This document shows positions 9,357 to 19,741 of a stretch of 64,000 nucleotides of DNA, in pieces; position 1 is the first letter of the stretch, and each line of letters begins with the position of its first letter. The notes below the pieces were generated by a model. It did not search any database, was not told the origin of the DNA, and worked only from the letters and a program-made list of their open reading frames with translations. The translations under genes were made by a program, and so were the position numbers. The stretch is taken from positions 87,661-151,660 of the IMG/VR virus record IMGVR_UViG_3300032087_002150; one strand, 5' to 3'. This DNA is from a virus.

Positions 9357-9779
9357 TTATCCTGCTGGACATACTGATGCGTCGTCAGATGCATCAAACT
9401 TCTCGTCACCGCAACCATAAGTACGGTCGTTGTTCGTGTCACAAGCACGTTCCCATGCCTGATCAGCAAACGAGTAACCAAACTCATAGAGCACATGTGC
9501 TTTACACCACTCGTGCGAACCAACAGGGTTGGGGTTAGGAGTTGGTTCTGGGCGATCTACCTTCTCAGTTGGCCACTGCTTTTTAAACTGCACTGACTTT
9601 GAGTATGGGTGATAAGACCAAAGGTTTGGTTGCTTAGAAACGAAAATGTATTCGTCGTCAGCAACAGTGTAGACATCACCGTTATCATAAGTGATGGTAT
9701 GAGCGTGTGCCAAGATGGGCAGGCACAATAAGAAAAGAATAATATTTTTCATATCATCTCCAAGTTTGTTTCGAAACAA
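9357..9779 (-). CDS. exported hypothetical protein with signal peptide (true start probably 9752)
   Basis: MKNIILFLLCLPILAHA looks like a Sec signal with an AxA site. GGAG SD precedes the ATG at 9752. Four Cys in the C-terminal part. Confidence 0.7.
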   Translation of the reverse strand: MFRNKLGDDMKNIILFLLCLPILAHAHTITYDNGDVYTVADDEYIFVSKQPNLWSYHPYSKSVQFKKQWPTEKVDRPEPTPNPNPVGSHEWCKAHVLYEFGYSFADQAWERACDTNNDRTYGCGDEKFDASDDASVCPAG

Positions 9780-9802
9780 AATGCAACCTCATGTTGCAGT
9801 AT

Positions 9803-9810
9803 TACTTATA
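9803..9810 (-). promoter_or_regulatory. late promoter variant (TATAAGTA)
   Basis: Directly after the gp23 terminator. The same variant occurs at 15311. Confidence 0.55.
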
Positions 9811-9815
9811 CAAAT

Positions 9816-9840
9816 AAAAAAGGGGGACCGAAGTCCCCCC
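9816..9840 (-). terminator. intrinsic terminator after the major capsid gene
   Basis: Minus strand GGGGGAC-TTCG-GTCCCCC-TTTTTT, a UUCG tetraloop. Confidence 0.9.
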
Positions 9841-9884
9841 ACACAAATACCGATTTTTATTATTATTGTTCGGTATACCGTATC

Positions 9885-11225
9885 TTAGGCAGAAACCATC
9901 AGGTTGTCTACACGGAAGATGCGGTAGTATTGGTTGGTCTTAGCAGAAGCGAGACCATCAGCAGGTGAGTTACCTACGAATGGGTTAGACGCCATGCCAT
10001 AACGAGTCTTAAACCCGATACGTGGCTGGAAGTCGTTCTCGCCGACAGCGCGAACCATCTGGAGTGGTACATATGGGCAGTAGAATACACCTGCGTCATA
10101 TGGGTTAGTGCCCTTGTAACCAACAGTTACATAGTCAGCAACCGCATATGGGTCGATGTAGATGCGCATACGACCGTTCAGAACACCAGCAAAAGTGTTA
10201 CCAGTGTCGTCAACTTCCAGAGAAGTGCTCAGAGCAGGAGCGTAGTCAAGCATACCAGAAGCAGCGAGAGCAGTAGCAACATCAGAAGATACGATTGCTA
10301 CGTTACCCTTACCACGACGAGTTTCTTTAGCGATAGTGTTCGCTTCACGATCCAGTTGAACCAGCAGACCCTTGAACTTCTCAACAGACCAACGACCATC
10401 AGCGTCCGTAGACAGGTCGAAGATACCGTTGGTAGCAGTGTTAGCAGTCAGTGCACCAGTCTTCGCTTGGCTGTTGATAGTACGGATAACTTCGCGGTTG
10501 ATTTCAGCAAGGATTTCTACTGAAAGGATGTTAGCGAGTTCCGCTTCAGCGTCAAGACCGTGGATTGCTTTCAGGTCTTGAGCGAGTTCGATGGTGTACT
10601 CTGCCTTCAGCGCACGTGACTTAGCAGTTACAGTCGCCTTCTCGATGGTGAAACCCATCTCGTTGAAGTCAGAAACACCGCCAGTGCCGAGTGCTTCAGC
10701 GTCAGCAGTTGGCATACCGCCACCAATGCTTGGACCAGAGCGGTCGTCATTGATAGTGCTGTCGCCGTTTGAGTCAGTTACACCGTCAAGACCAGAAGGA
10801 CCAGCAGTGTGAGTCGTAGAAGAGTCACCAGAGTATGGTACAACTGCTTCGTTGAACAATGCTTCTTGATCTACAGTAGTGCCAGAAGCTGCTGACTTGT
10901 AGCGAGACTTCATAGCGAAGATCAGACCAGTAGGACCAGACATTGGTTGAACACCACATACGTCGTATGCCATCAGGTTAGGCATAGCGCGACGAACGAG
11001 CGAGATCAATACTGGGTTCCAGTTGTCAGCACTTGAAGTATTGTTAGCAGCAGCAGCTTCGTTCAAGAAAGATGACTGAGCACCTTCAGCGCGCATTGCT
11101 GCTTCTTGGTTTTCAAGAATAGCAGCAGTTACTTTGCGACGATAAGCATCTTTGATGTCGCCTGCTGATTCTTCGTTAAGTACTGGTGCCCACTTCTGCA
11201 CCAGTGATTCGTAGTTCAAATCCAT
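9885..11225 (-). CDS. gp23: major capsid protein
   Basis: LVRRAMPNLMAYDVCGVQPMSGPTGLIFAM, ELAQDLKAIHGLDAE, FQPRIGFKTRYG. Confidence 0.99.
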   Translation of the reverse strand: MDLNYESLVQKWAPVLNEESAGDIKDAYRRKVTAAILENQEAAMRAEGAQSSFLNEAAAANNTSSADNWNPVLISLVRRAMPNLMAYDVCGVQPMSGPTGLIFAMKSRYKSAASGTTVDQEALFNEAVVPYSGDSSTTHTAGPSGLDGVTDSNGDSTINDDRSGPSIGGGMPTADAEALGTGGVSDFNEMGFTIEKATVTAKSRALKAEYTIELAQDLKAIHGLDAEAELANILSVEILAEINREVIRTINSQAKTGALTANTATNGIFDLSTDADGRWSVEKFKGLLVQLDREANTIAKETRRGKGNVAIVSSDVATALAASGMLDYAPALSTSLEVDDTGNTFAGVLNGRMRIYIDPYAVADYVTVGYKGTNPYDAGVFYCPYVPLQMVRAVGENDFQPRIGFKTRYGMASNPFVGNSPADGLASAKTNQYYRIFRVDNLMVSA

Positions 11226-11253
11226 TTTTATTTCTCCTTATGGGTAATATGGA

Positions 11254-12285
11254 TTAAGATCGATTGATTTTTCGCATGGCGTTGAGGTAAGATTCCATTG
11301 AAGGAGCAACTTCTTCAGAAACAACGTCGCCGTCAGTTTCTTCGACAATCTCTTCTTCGGTTTCTACCGTCGCCTTAGCAAAGAATGACTCTTTGATAGT
11401 AGCAACTTTGGACGCAAACTGTTCAGCGTCATCAAAGTCAACACCTTCTACCAGAGAGTAGAACTTCTCTTTCTGAGTATCAGCGAGTTCAGATGCTGCT
11501 TCGGCAACGATTGCTGCACGCTTCAGACCTTCAACTTCTTCACTCAGAGAAATCGCATCAGCAGTGGTCTTGTTGAGAGCTTCTTCGAGTTCTTCAACTT
11601 GATCTGCCAAATCGTCAACGAGGTCAACCTTGGATTCTGGCACGTCGATGTAAGACTCAGTGAAGAGGTTCTTCAACCCTTCCATGAAGTTCTCAGCAAT
11701 CTCAGCACGCAGACCAGTTTGGATAGCGACTTTGTTGTCTTCCATCCACTGCTCAACCACGTAGTTCAGGTAGGAATCAACCTTTTCAACCAACTCAGTC
11801 TTCTGCGCAGCAGTTTCCTCAGCGAGTTTTTCTTCGTAGGATGATTCGATTCGCTCTACTTCTTCAGAGAGCTTTGATTTCAATGCTGCTTCAAAGATTA
11901 CAGCAGTTTTTGCCTTAAACTCATCGCTGAGAGTGGCTTCAGACTCGACTAATGCTGCGAGTTCTTCAGAGTGAGTATCTGCTTCCGCAACTACTTCTTC
12001 CTCTTCCAACTCGACTTCTTCGCCCATCATCTTACCGTATGCTGCTTGAAGGTCAACCTTCTTCATAGCATTCAACTTACCGTACATAGCATTAATCATA
12101 CCTGCTTTGGTCTTTGGCATTGGTTCGCTGTTGCTCTTGTCACCCGTACGAGCAGGTGCTTTATCAGTTGCGTCTGCTGCCTTATCGACAGATGCTACTG
12201 ATTGTGCTTCAGCGTTTTTCATATCATGCCCTTTTGCTTCCGCAACTTCCTGCTCATCGCGGAGTTCAATGTTTTGATCTTCCAT
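11254..12285 (-). CDS. gp22: prohead core scaffold protein
   Basis: Acidic coiled coil, KVDSYLNYVVEQW, position upstream of gp23. Confidence 0.93.
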   Translation of the reverse strand: MEDQNIELRDEQEVAEAKGHDMKNAEAQSVASVDKAADATDKAPARTGDKSNSEPMPKTKAGMINAMYGKLNAMKKVDLQAAYGKMMGEEVELEEEEVVAEADTHSEELAALVESEATLSDEFKAKTAVIFEAALKSKLSEEVERIESSYEEKLAEETAAQKTELVEKVDSYLNYVVEQWMEDNKVAIQTGLRAEIAENFMEGLKNLFTESYIDVPESKVDLVDDLADQVEELEEALNKTTADAISLSEEVEGLKRAAIVAEAASELADTQKEKFYSLVEGVDFDDAEQFASKVATIKESFFAKATVETEEEIVEETDGDVVSEEVAPSMESYLNAMRKINRS

Positions 12286-12298
12286 TGTGTTCTCCTTA

Positions 12299-12970
12299 TT
12301 AAAAAGATCTTTTTAAGGATGAGAGGAAATTTTTGTACTCAACGATTTGATCCACGCCATTAATAGACGGAAGCGCATCGACATGAGTTTCGATTTCAGT
12401 CTCTTGTTCCTCACATATCTCTTGAGCAGTAAGTACGCCATTGTTCCAGACCCATTCAACACCTTCCATGATTCCATTAACAAATGCTCCTGGTGCAGAT
12501 GGATCTTGCACGATGTCAACCGTGCTTAAAACAAAGTCGTCCTTAACATACATTGCGCCATTGCGCTGCTCAAGACTACCCATTCCACGAGTTGAGACAC
12601 CAAGATTTACACCGCCCTCAAGCAATCCCTGTACGATCTTGCCCATAGGAGTATCTAATATTGATGCCTTTCCGATAACATCATTGCCTTCAAAGTGAAG
12701 GTCAGTGATCTTATGCGAAACTTTGTCGAGGTTGACGGTTGGACCATCAGGATGGTTCAGTTCGCCAACTGCTCTATCTTTTGCGACCTGCTCGGAAACA
12801 TACTTCTCGACGGCAGACTCCATAATTGGTTTAGGGTACACCCTACCATTACGGTTCTTCTGCTCTGCCTGAGCAAATACACCTTCGATAACATATGACT
12901 TCTTGCCGTCTTTTCTTTCTTCGACAAGACACTGTAGTGTGTTGTCATTATATTCAGCAATTAGTTTCAT
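12299..12970 (-). CDS. gp21: prohead protease
   Basis: NRNGRVYP, GELNHP, GVSTRGMGSL, DIVQDPSAP. Confidence 0.97.
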   Translation of the reverse strand: MKLIAEYNDNTLQCLVEERKDGKKSYVIEGVFAQAEQKNRNGRVYPKPIMESAVEKYVSEQVAKDRAVGELNHPDGPTVNLDKVSHKITDLHFEGNDVIGKASILDTPMGKIVQGLLEGGVNLGVSTRGMGSLEQRNGAMYVKDDFVLSTVDIVQDPSAPGAFVNGIMEGVEWVWNNGVLTAQEICEEQETEIETHVDALPSINGVDQIVEYKNFLSSLKRSF

Positions 12971-13167
12971 GTTAGTTCCTTGATCGCAGTTTCTATTGAT
13001 TTTTGTGCGTCCCTTTGACTACGGAACGTATCTAACATATCTCCGTCAATATAGGCAACGAAACCTTTGGCAGTCTTTTGTATCTCAGTTTTAATTCTGC
13101 GATACTTCTTCGTCCAGACTACTTCGCCCTTCGGTTTGCGTTGCCTTAATTCGGAGAACGTAATCAT
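12967..13167 (-). CDS. small prohead-region protein (gp68 position)
   Basis: Synteny and a late promoter directly upstream. Confidence 0.5.
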   Translation of the reverse strand: MITFSELRQRKPKGEVVWTKKYRRIKTEIQKTAKGFVAYIDGDMLDTFRSQRDAQKSIETAIKELT

Positions 13168-13173
13168 AAGATT

Positions 13174-13181
13174 TATTTATA
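13174..13181 (-). promoter_or_regulatory. gp55-dependent late promoter TATAAATA
   Basis: Exact T4 late consensus at a gene boundary. Confidence 0.7.
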
Positions 13182-13716
13182 CGTTTTCTTCTTCTGATTC
13201 GTCTTCAGACTCTTCAGAGTTTAAAATTTCTTCAACTTCATCAGCATAGAGTCCAAGGGTATCCTCTGGTTCCTCATGCTCTTCCTCATCAGGAAGTTCT
13301 GCTACTGGTTCTTCTGGAGTAGGTTCTTCTTCTACTTCAGGTTCTTCAACCTCAGCAACTTCTGGTTCCGCTTCTGCCTCTGCTTCGACTTCAACTTCAG
13401 TCTCTGCTTCCGCTTCCGCTTCTATTTCTGCATCAACCTCGTCTATTGCTGCCTCTACTTCCTCATCAGAAAGTTCTTCTTCGGCACCGTTATAAACTTG
13501 ATTGGCGATTCGAATCTTTTCTTGGTCCATAGCATCATTGATTCTATCTTGAATCAAATCTTGGAACATTTTACTAGAGGTGAAAGCATCACCCTTTTCA
13601 ATTGAGTTCACCAAATCAGCAACTGTAACAGTTACAGGTTCTTGTGTCTCGTTTGAGACATCACTCATTTCAACTTCAGGTTTAGTTTCCATCATCATCT
13701 CCTGCTGGTTCATCAC
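13177..13716 (-). CDS. acidic prohead core protein (gp67-like; start probably near 13668)
   Basis: Very Glu-rich, between the portal and protease genes. Confidence 0.65.
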   Translation of the reverse strand: MMNQQEMMMETKPEVEMSDVSNETQEPVTVTVADLVNSIEKGDAFTSSKMFQDLIQDRINDAMDQEKIRIANQVYNGAEEELSDEEVEAAIDEVDAEIEAEAEAETEVEVEAEAEAEPEVAEVEEPEVEEEPTPEEPVAELPDEEEHEEPEDTLGLYADEVEEILNSEESEDESEEENV

Positions 13717-15256
13717 CTAGTTCATCTTCTTTGGGACCTTCATTCGCTATAGCGAGGTCCATTTCTTCTATTTCTTGATCGGTAAAATGAAATACATTTT
13801 TCATTACCCATTCTTTAGAAAGATATTCACCAACATACTGGGATGCTTGATCCATTAGACCTAAACGCTCTCGGAACACTTCAGCATCTTTCAGTTCAGT
13901 ATAATGATTATCTTTATAAAAGTCTACTCGAATGCGATTGTGGAACAGTTCCATCCAATCACTATCAGTAATAATTCCTTTCAGTACAAGTTGCTGTCGA
14001 AGAATATGAATGAACAACTTGCTGAATCTAGCACGTAATCGTGAGATAAACTTCTGGAATTTAATTTCTTCACGATTGATCTCAGTAGCACGACCGAGCG
14101 AATACGCTTGCTCCTGCTCCAGTCGAGATACTGGCACGTTCAGTGCTTGATAAACCTTGCGCTGGAAATACTTGATGTCATCAATCTCACCAAGATTTGA
14201 ACCGCCAGGAAGTGTAGTCACCTCAGTTCCGCGACCACCTTCTCGGCGTGGTAACCAGAAGTCATCAAGCATAGACATATGCTTACGGGAATCTTTCAGT
14301 TCGCCAGTTGCCTGATCATATACCAGTTTGTTTCTGTAGCGAGTCATCAAAGAGTTTACATACTCTTCTGCCTTACCCTTCGGCAAGTTACCAGTGTCAA
14401 CGTAAAAGATTCTTCGCTCGGGTGCACGCGCCAGTCGATAGATAATCAAGGAGTCTTCCATCATACGCAACTGATTAATTGGTCGCAGTGCTTTATGAAG
14501 GTGAGAAATGACTTTCGCTTTCGTGTCGTCCAGTACACCTGAAGTGACATAACTTACTGAGTCAACGCTGAGTTTAACTGCTTGGTTCGCTGTTGGATCT
14601 ACACCAGCAGGAACACCTTTCTTGGTTTCAAAGTTCTTATCAGAGAAAAGATAGAACTCTTCAACCTTGTTTACAACTTTTACACCTGATGCTTTATCTT
14701 CTTTCTTCTTGACGTTACGCACCTTGCGCATCTTCATAGAGTCGATGTATCGAACCTCTTGAATACCTGCTTTCATGTTTGCGTTATCAACAATCAGGTG
14801 ATGGTACAGTCTACCGTCAATGTACCAACTACGGAAAATGTCATGAGCACGCTCATTAAAGGTGAGCATATTCAAAACATTTTGGAATTCTTCAACAATC
14901 TTTTTCTTAATACCAACAGAAACATCAACCCTATCAAGATTGACTTCTACTACATTTTCGTCGTCAGGTATTACGATTGCTTCGTTTACAATTTCTTCAA
15001 TCGCCATATCAACTTCAGGGTGAGTTGCTGCTTGACGATATTTTCGAATGAGGTCTGCCTGATCTTTTACTTGAAGATCGGCATAGATATTCATGTGAGT
15101 GCCATATGCATACGAAGGAGCAGTTACATAACCTGCGCCATCGTCGTCAGTTGGCGGAACAACTGATGCAGCAGGAGCCGGTGTTACAGCATCCTGATCT
15201 TTTTTAGACCGCCTGATCTCAAAACCAAATAATTTAATTCCGTCGCCTTCTGCCAT
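13682..15256 (-). CDS. gp20: portal vertex protein
   Basis: WYIDGRLY, NQLRMMEDSLIIYRLARAPERRIFYVD, DFWLPRREGGRGTE. Confidence 0.98.
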   Translation of the reverse strand: MAEGDGIKLFGFEIRRSKKDQDAVTPAPAASVVPPTDDDGAGYVTAPSYAYGTHMNIYADLQVKDQADLIRKYRQAATHPEVDMAIEEIVNEAIVIPDDENVVEVNLDRVDVSVGIKKKIVEEFQNVLNMLTFNERAHDIFRSWYIDGRLYHHLIVDNANMKAGIQEVRYIDSMKMRKVRNVKKKEDKASGVKVVNKVEEFYLFSDKNFETKKGVPAGVDPTANQAVKLSVDSVSYVTSGVLDDTKAKVISHLHKALRPINQLRMMEDSLIIYRLARAPERRIFYVDTGNLPKGKAEEYVNSLMTRYRNKLVYDQATGELKDSRKHMSMLDDFWLPRREGGRGTEVTTLPGGSNLGEIDDIKYFQRKVYQALNVPVSRLEQEQAYSLGRATEINREEIKFQKFISRLRARFSKLFIHILRQQLVLKGIITDSDWMELFHNRIRVDFYKDNHYTELKDAEVFRERLGLMDQASQYVGEYLSKEWVMKNVFHFTDQEIEEMDLAIANEGPKEDELGDEPAGDDDGN

Positions 15257-15277
15257 ATTTGAAATCTCAGTTGTGGA

Positions 15278-15300
15278 AGAAAGGGGGAGCGAACTCCCCC
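15278..15300 (-). terminator. intrinsic terminator after the tail tube gene
   Basis: Minus strand GGGGGAG-TTCG-CTCCCCC-TTTTC. Confidence 0.85.
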
Positions 15301-15310
15301 TGCTTTACTT

Positions 15311-15318
15311 TACTTATA
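15311..15318 (-). promoter_or_regulatory. late promoter variant (TATAAGTA) upstream of gp20
   Basis: Intergenic, one mismatch to consensus. Confidence 0.45.
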
Positions 15319-15331
15319 GTCTTCTTGCAAG

Positions 15332-15880
15332 TTATCCAAGAATAGCACTATTCGTCCAGTAGTCGTACTCAATTGTCACAGTAAAGGTCTCGATTTCACC
15401 CGCCTGAGCAAAATCAAGGTCAATAGCAGACACGTTAGTTGGGAACGCATTCTTAAGGATGTACTTGCCCTTAGAACTTGGTGTACCCTGTTGATCTGCC
15501 TGATGAACTTCCATATCAACAGCATATGTGCCGATACCAGAGTTATTTGACTGTTGACCTTCGTTGCTTTCATGGGTGTTGATACCGCTCATCCATGCCT
15601 CAAACGCACCACGGAGTTCGTGGTCTACATCATTGTAAACCGTGATAGTCCATGGTTCGAATGTTCGGTCGCCTGCCAACTTAATGATCCTGCCTCGGAA
15701 TGGTACTTCTACCAGTCCAACCGTGCTAGCAGGCAACTGGGCACTGCGGCACATAAATGAGGCAAGTTCATTGTCACCACCAGCATATCCTGGGAAGTTG
15801 ACTTTGACCTCGAACATATTGGCACGAGCGCCACCCTTGACCAACTTACCGCGAAACTGATCTACATTAAGAATTGCCAT
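15332..15880 (-). CDS. gp19: tail tube protein
   Basis: GGARANMF, PFRGRIIKLAGDRTFEPWTIT, YDYW. Confidence 0.97.
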   Translation of the reverse strand: MAILNVDQFRGKLVKGGARANMFEVKVNFPGYAGGDNELASFMCRSAQLPASTVGLVEVPFRGRIIKLAGDRTFEPWTITVYNDVDHELRGAFEAWMSGINTHESNEGQQSNNSGIGTYAVDMEVHQADQQGTPSSKGKYILKNAFPTNVSAIDLDFAQAGEIETFTVTIEYDYWTNSAILG

Positions 15881-15908
15881 TTTAGTATCTCCTTGTAGTC
15901 GTTACGGG

Positions 15909-17693
15909 TTAGAATTGAATGCCAGAGTTAACGATCTCTTCAAAGTTCGCACCAGTTCTAGTAGCAACAAAGTTCAACGTGATGAAGTTGATGCTTCTAG
16001 ATGGCTTGATGAAGAGTGTCGCAACGAACTCGTTACGATCGATAACTTCTGGGGTGTTGTTACGCTCGTCACACTGTACGAAGAAGTCCTGAATACCACG
16101 ACGTGCTTGAATCTCTCGCAGGAGAGGTTCTACAATCGCTACGAACTCGGCGCGAGTAAACTCGTCGTTGAATTCGAACAGGAAGTTACGTGCAGCAACA
16201 GAGATCGCTTTCTCGAGAGCAAGGAACAAGCGTCGAACATTGATGCGATCAAACGCAGATGGTCGAGCAAGTTTAGTCTTGTCGCCGAACAGGATAATAC
16301 CACGTCCTGGGAACTGAACAATTGGGTTTACACCCTTTTTGTACAGTTCGTCACGCTCTGCTTTACTTGGTGAATAAGCGAGGTTGGTCACACCAACATA
16401 CTCACCGCGTCGCTCACCAGCAGGTGACCACCATGGACCATAGTTTGTGTCCGCAGCAGCCATAATACCAGCAGTGGTAGAAGCAGCAGGAATGTAGATG
16501 TAGTTGTCGTTGTACTTGTCGTATACACGCAAGAAGTTGTTATCAACGATCAAGTAAGAAGACGCTGTAAACTGATTAGTAGTTTCCAGAGTGTCATTTA
16601 CTGGATCAATGTTGTTAACAACGTCATCGCGAGCAGGCGACGCAATAGCAACACAATCTTTTCGGGTTACGCCAGCAATTGCGGCGAGGTCATTAACGAG
16701 AGTGACTTGATCAGTCGTCGACGACATACTTGGAGCAATCAACAATGAAACGTCAATTTGCTCTACGTCTTCGAACTCATCGAATCCGTTTTGGATATCA
16801 CCGACATCCAAAGCAGCGCCATCACGTCCACCAGAAAGAGCAGTGTTAGCAGAGTCTTCAGACCAAGATACGTTAGTGGCGTAGTTGGTAGTTCCTGAAG
16901 TAGCAGGAGCAGTGCCCCAAGTGGCAGTAGCAATGGTGTTTACTGAGTCGACATCACCGGACCAAATATAATTTGAACCGTTGTTCAGCACAGTTTTGAA
17001 GAAGTTGTCAGAACCGTCTACAGTCTTGGCGCCAGAAGCGACAGACAGGAATGGGAATGTCTCGAGGACAGTTCCTTTAGTTCCTGAGATAAGACCGTCT
17101 GAGTCAACTACTACAAGGTGAATTTCGTCATGTAACACAGTTCCTGGTCGGTCAAGTGCCCATTGAGAAGTTCCTGGGATAGCATCAAACTTATCTGAAT
17201 AATCCCATGCTGCCCAGTTAGTGGCAGTCTGAGCAGATGAGTCAGTTTCGCCTGATTCAATAGCGAAAATAGAAACTGCGAGAGAGTTACCGAGCTCTCC
17301 TGGATACTTTGCGACAAACATGTCGAGTCCAGATTGTTGCTCGAAGTGATCTTCATTCTTGACTTGGTGCTTAGTAGCAGTCAAAGAAGAGTTAAGTGCG
17401 CTGTCACCGATAGCGACGCTACCAGATGGAATCGCACGACAGACTTGCAGGTTCCCAGAATAACGCAGGTACTGAGCACAGGAGAAATAATCTACTGCGT
17501 GATCAGCATCTGGCGTACCAAACTCTCTTGCGAGTTCATCTTCATTAGAGACGATAGTTGGTACTTCAACGGGACCCCACTTAAATGCTCCGACATATCC
17601 AGCAAGCGAAGTATCAACATTTGGGACCACAGGGGTCAAGTCGAATTCGCGAACTACGATAGCAGGAGACAGAGATGGAGCTGTAAGTGCCAT
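15909..17693 (-). CDS. gp18: contractile tail sheath protein
   Basis: SPAIVVREFD, WWSPAG, FDRINVRRLF, IKPSRSINFITLNF. Confidence 0.98.
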   Translation of the reverse strand: MALTAPSLSPAIVVREFDLTPVVPNVDTSLAGYVGAFKWGPVEVPTIVSNEDELAREFGTPDADHAVDYFSCAQYLRYSGNLQVCRAIPSGSVAIGDSALNSSLTATKHQVKNEDHFEQQSGLDMFVAKYPGELGNSLAVSIFAIESGETDSSAQTATNWAAWDYSDKFDAIPGTSQWALDRPGTVLHDEIHLVVVDSDGLISGTKGTVLETFPFLSVASGAKTVDGSDNFFKTVLNNGSNYIWSGDVDSVNTIATATWGTAPATSGTTNYATNVSWSEDSANTALSGGRDGAALDVGDIQNGFDEFEDVEQIDVSLLIAPSMSSTTDQVTLVNDLAAIAGVTRKDCVAIASPARDDVVNNIDPVNDTLETTNQFTASSYLIVDNNFLRVYDKYNDNYIYIPAASTTAGIMAAADTNYGPWWSPAGERRGEYVGVTNLAYSPSKAERDELYKKGVNPIVQFPGRGIILFGDKTKLARPSAFDRINVRRLFLALEKAISVAARNFLFEFNDEFTRAEFVAIVEPLLREIQARRGIQDFFVQCDERNNTPEVIDRNEFVATLFIKPSRSINFITLNFVATRTGANFEEIVNSGIQF

Positions 17694-17768
17694 TTTAGTT
17701 TCCTCTTTGCAAAAAGAAATTATAAGTTTTATACATTATAAGGTCGGCACCTAAGTGCTCAATGCATT

Positions 17769-17776
17769 TATTTATA
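17769..17776 (-). promoter_or_regulatory. late promoter TATAAATA for gp18
   Basis: Exact consensus, intergenic. Confidence 0.8.
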
Positions 17777-17787
17777 AGTTGGTATAT

Positions 17788-19413
17788 TTAGGCGTAATCC
17801 TCAGGGTTATAGACCAACCATGGGTCTGCCTTCTCCTCATATGATACTTCAGGAACTTCTTCTTGCTTAAATCCGAAGGGTGGGACGTCTTCTTCTATTT
17901 CTTGCATACGTTGCTCAAACATCATTTTCTTAATATTGATATCAGTCATCTCTGCAAAGAATGTAGTTTGTACCAAGAAACCGAACATAACAAGGTTCAT
18001 GACCAAGTCATCGTGATTCCCGTCTTTCGCTTCGTATGATGCACCCTTTGCTTCAAAGGTGCTTATTTCTAGTATAGTGTTTTCATCCACAATGTCAAGT
18101 TTGCGCTCTTCCAGTAAGTCTTTAAATCCTGAGCATCCAAGACGTTTAGTTCGTCTTGTCATCTCTACGCCGATACCACTAGATTTTACTGTAGAGGACA
18201 TGTGCACGTTTTCATATTCTCGTTCGTGATATAATCCAGAACAAACCAGTTGACCTGCATCGTTAGATTCTATCACCACATATGCTTGATTGTAAGAAGT
18301 CGCCCATTTATAAATAATATCTGGGAAGAGTAGTGGAGAAATAAGATTGTTGCGATACACTGCTACCTGTTTGAAAGGTCTACTGCTAATGTCGATGACG
18401 TTAAACGTACTATAATCCTGTCCTCTCCCTTTACTTACGTCAACACACATGACGTATTGTGACCCCTTGCGAGGTTCATCGTAAACAAGTAGATCACCGC
18501 CCTCGAGAATTTTCTTGGGTCGACCTGCCTTCAGGTTTAACAGGGTCTCGGCATTGATTAACGTATCGCCTGTACCGAAGAAGGTGTTGCCAAACTCCTG
18601 ATCAAACTGTATCTGAGAAGTGTTATTAATCGTTTCTTCTTTCCACTTCTCGTCTCTCCCAGGAACGTCCCACCAATCTACACGGAACGGTTTATATTCA
18701 TTCACACCCTGTACGGCACCTTCCCATATCTTATGGAAAGGATTACCGATACCGTTGGCGGTAGATGTAATGATCACCTTCGTATCTTTACCTGACGAAA
18801 CCACAGGGTAAGTTGAGGTGTAAAACTCCGCTGCCCTTTCGACGAACGCAAACTCGTCAAGGAACAGTAGGTTTACAGACTGACCACGAATAGATGATCC
18901 GGAAGTCGCTGCGGCAAATATCTTTGAGTTATTACTAAACTCTATACTACCTTTGTTTAGAACCTTACATCCTGGTTGTAGATAAAAAGGCAGGTTCTCT
19001 AGCATCAAGGTGATACGCGAAAGCATCTCCCTCGCAGTCGCACCCTTGTTAGCAAGGACTGCTACAGTTTTCTCAGGGTGAAATATAGCATACCAAAGGA
19101 GATATGCTACCGAGGATATAGACTTACCAGACTGACGACAAGCAAGGACAACAGTAAAACGGTTGTCATTAAATTGCCGGAACATTTCCTCTTGATATGG
19201 GTACAACTCAAACGGGACTAGACCATCGTTGAGATTAATGATTTTTAAATGGTTAGTAGCAAAGTGAGCAGGGTCCGACATACACTTGGCGTACTCGGCA
19301 ACTTTTTCTTGAGTCCAATCCTCCTGTATGCCATCTTTCTTGACATGAGGATTACCGAGATAGTGCGTGTCGGGTTTAGACTTGGTCGTGTCCTGAATCT
19401 GCGAGGGCATCAT
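17788..19413 (-). CDS. gp17: terminase large subunit
   Basis: CRQSGKS, LDEFAFV, STANG, VDVSKGRGQDYS, HDDLVM. Confidence 0.98.
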   Translation of the reverse strand: MMPSQIQDTTKSKPDTHYLGNPHVKKDGIQEDWTQEKVAEYAKCMSDPAHFATNHLKIINLNDGLVPFELYPYQEEMFRQFNDNRFTVVLACRQSGKSISSVAYLLWYAIFHPEKTVAVLANKGATAREMLSRITLMLENLPFYLQPGCKVLNKGSIEFSNNSKIFAAATSGSSIRGQSVNLLFLDEFAFVERAAEFYTSTYPVVSSGKDTKVIITSTANGIGNPFHKIWEGAVQGVNEYKPFRVDWWDVPGRDEKWKEETINNTSQIQFDQEFGNTFFGTGDTLINAETLLNLKAGRPKKILEGGDLLVYDEPRKGSQYVMCVDVSKGRGQDYSTFNVIDISSRPFKQVAVYRNNLISPLLFPDIIYKWATSYNQAYVVIESNDAGQLVCSGLYHEREYENVHMSSTVKSSGIGVEMTRRTKRLGCSGFKDLLEERKLDIVDENTILEISTFEAKGASYEAKDGNHDDLVMNLVMFGFLVQTTFFAEMTDINIKKMMFEQRMQEIEEDVPPFGFKQEEVPEVSYEEKADPWLVYNPEDYA

Positions 19414-19741
19414 GTTGAGGAGTAATATCCTTTTCGTTCACTTGTTTCAGCGCACGCTGAAGATCGGTAGTTGAACCGATAAAAACATTCGTCGTTTCTT
19501 GTTTAGGTAGTGCCTTGACATCTTCCTTTTCTATATCCTTCTTTTGCTTGTGAAGGTTCATCAACTGTTGAGAAACATCAGAGGTGTCTTTTATAAGTTT
19601 GGCAAGAACTTCATATGCTCTGGGGTGTTCGCTGCTCTTAGCGACTTCAATCATTTCTTCTACACCGTCGCGACCCTTGCCGATTAAATCGTACAGAGTT
19701 TCTCTGGCGAACTGGTAGTCATTATCTTTATCTGATTCCAT
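19376..19741 (-). CDS. gp16: terminase small subunit
   Basis: SEHPRAYEV, NVFIGSTTDLQ. Confidence 0.93.
   Translation of the reverse strand: MESDKDNDYQFARETLYDLIGKGRDGVEEMIEVAKSSEHPRAYEVLAKLIKDTSDVSQQLMNLHKQKKDIEKEDVKALPKQETTNVFIGSTTDLQRALKQVNEKDITPQHDALADSGHDQV

Noticed and set aside
17788-19413. Intein or intron in terminase or other core genes
   Set aside because: Lengths are normal and no splicing or homing endonuclease motifs were seen.
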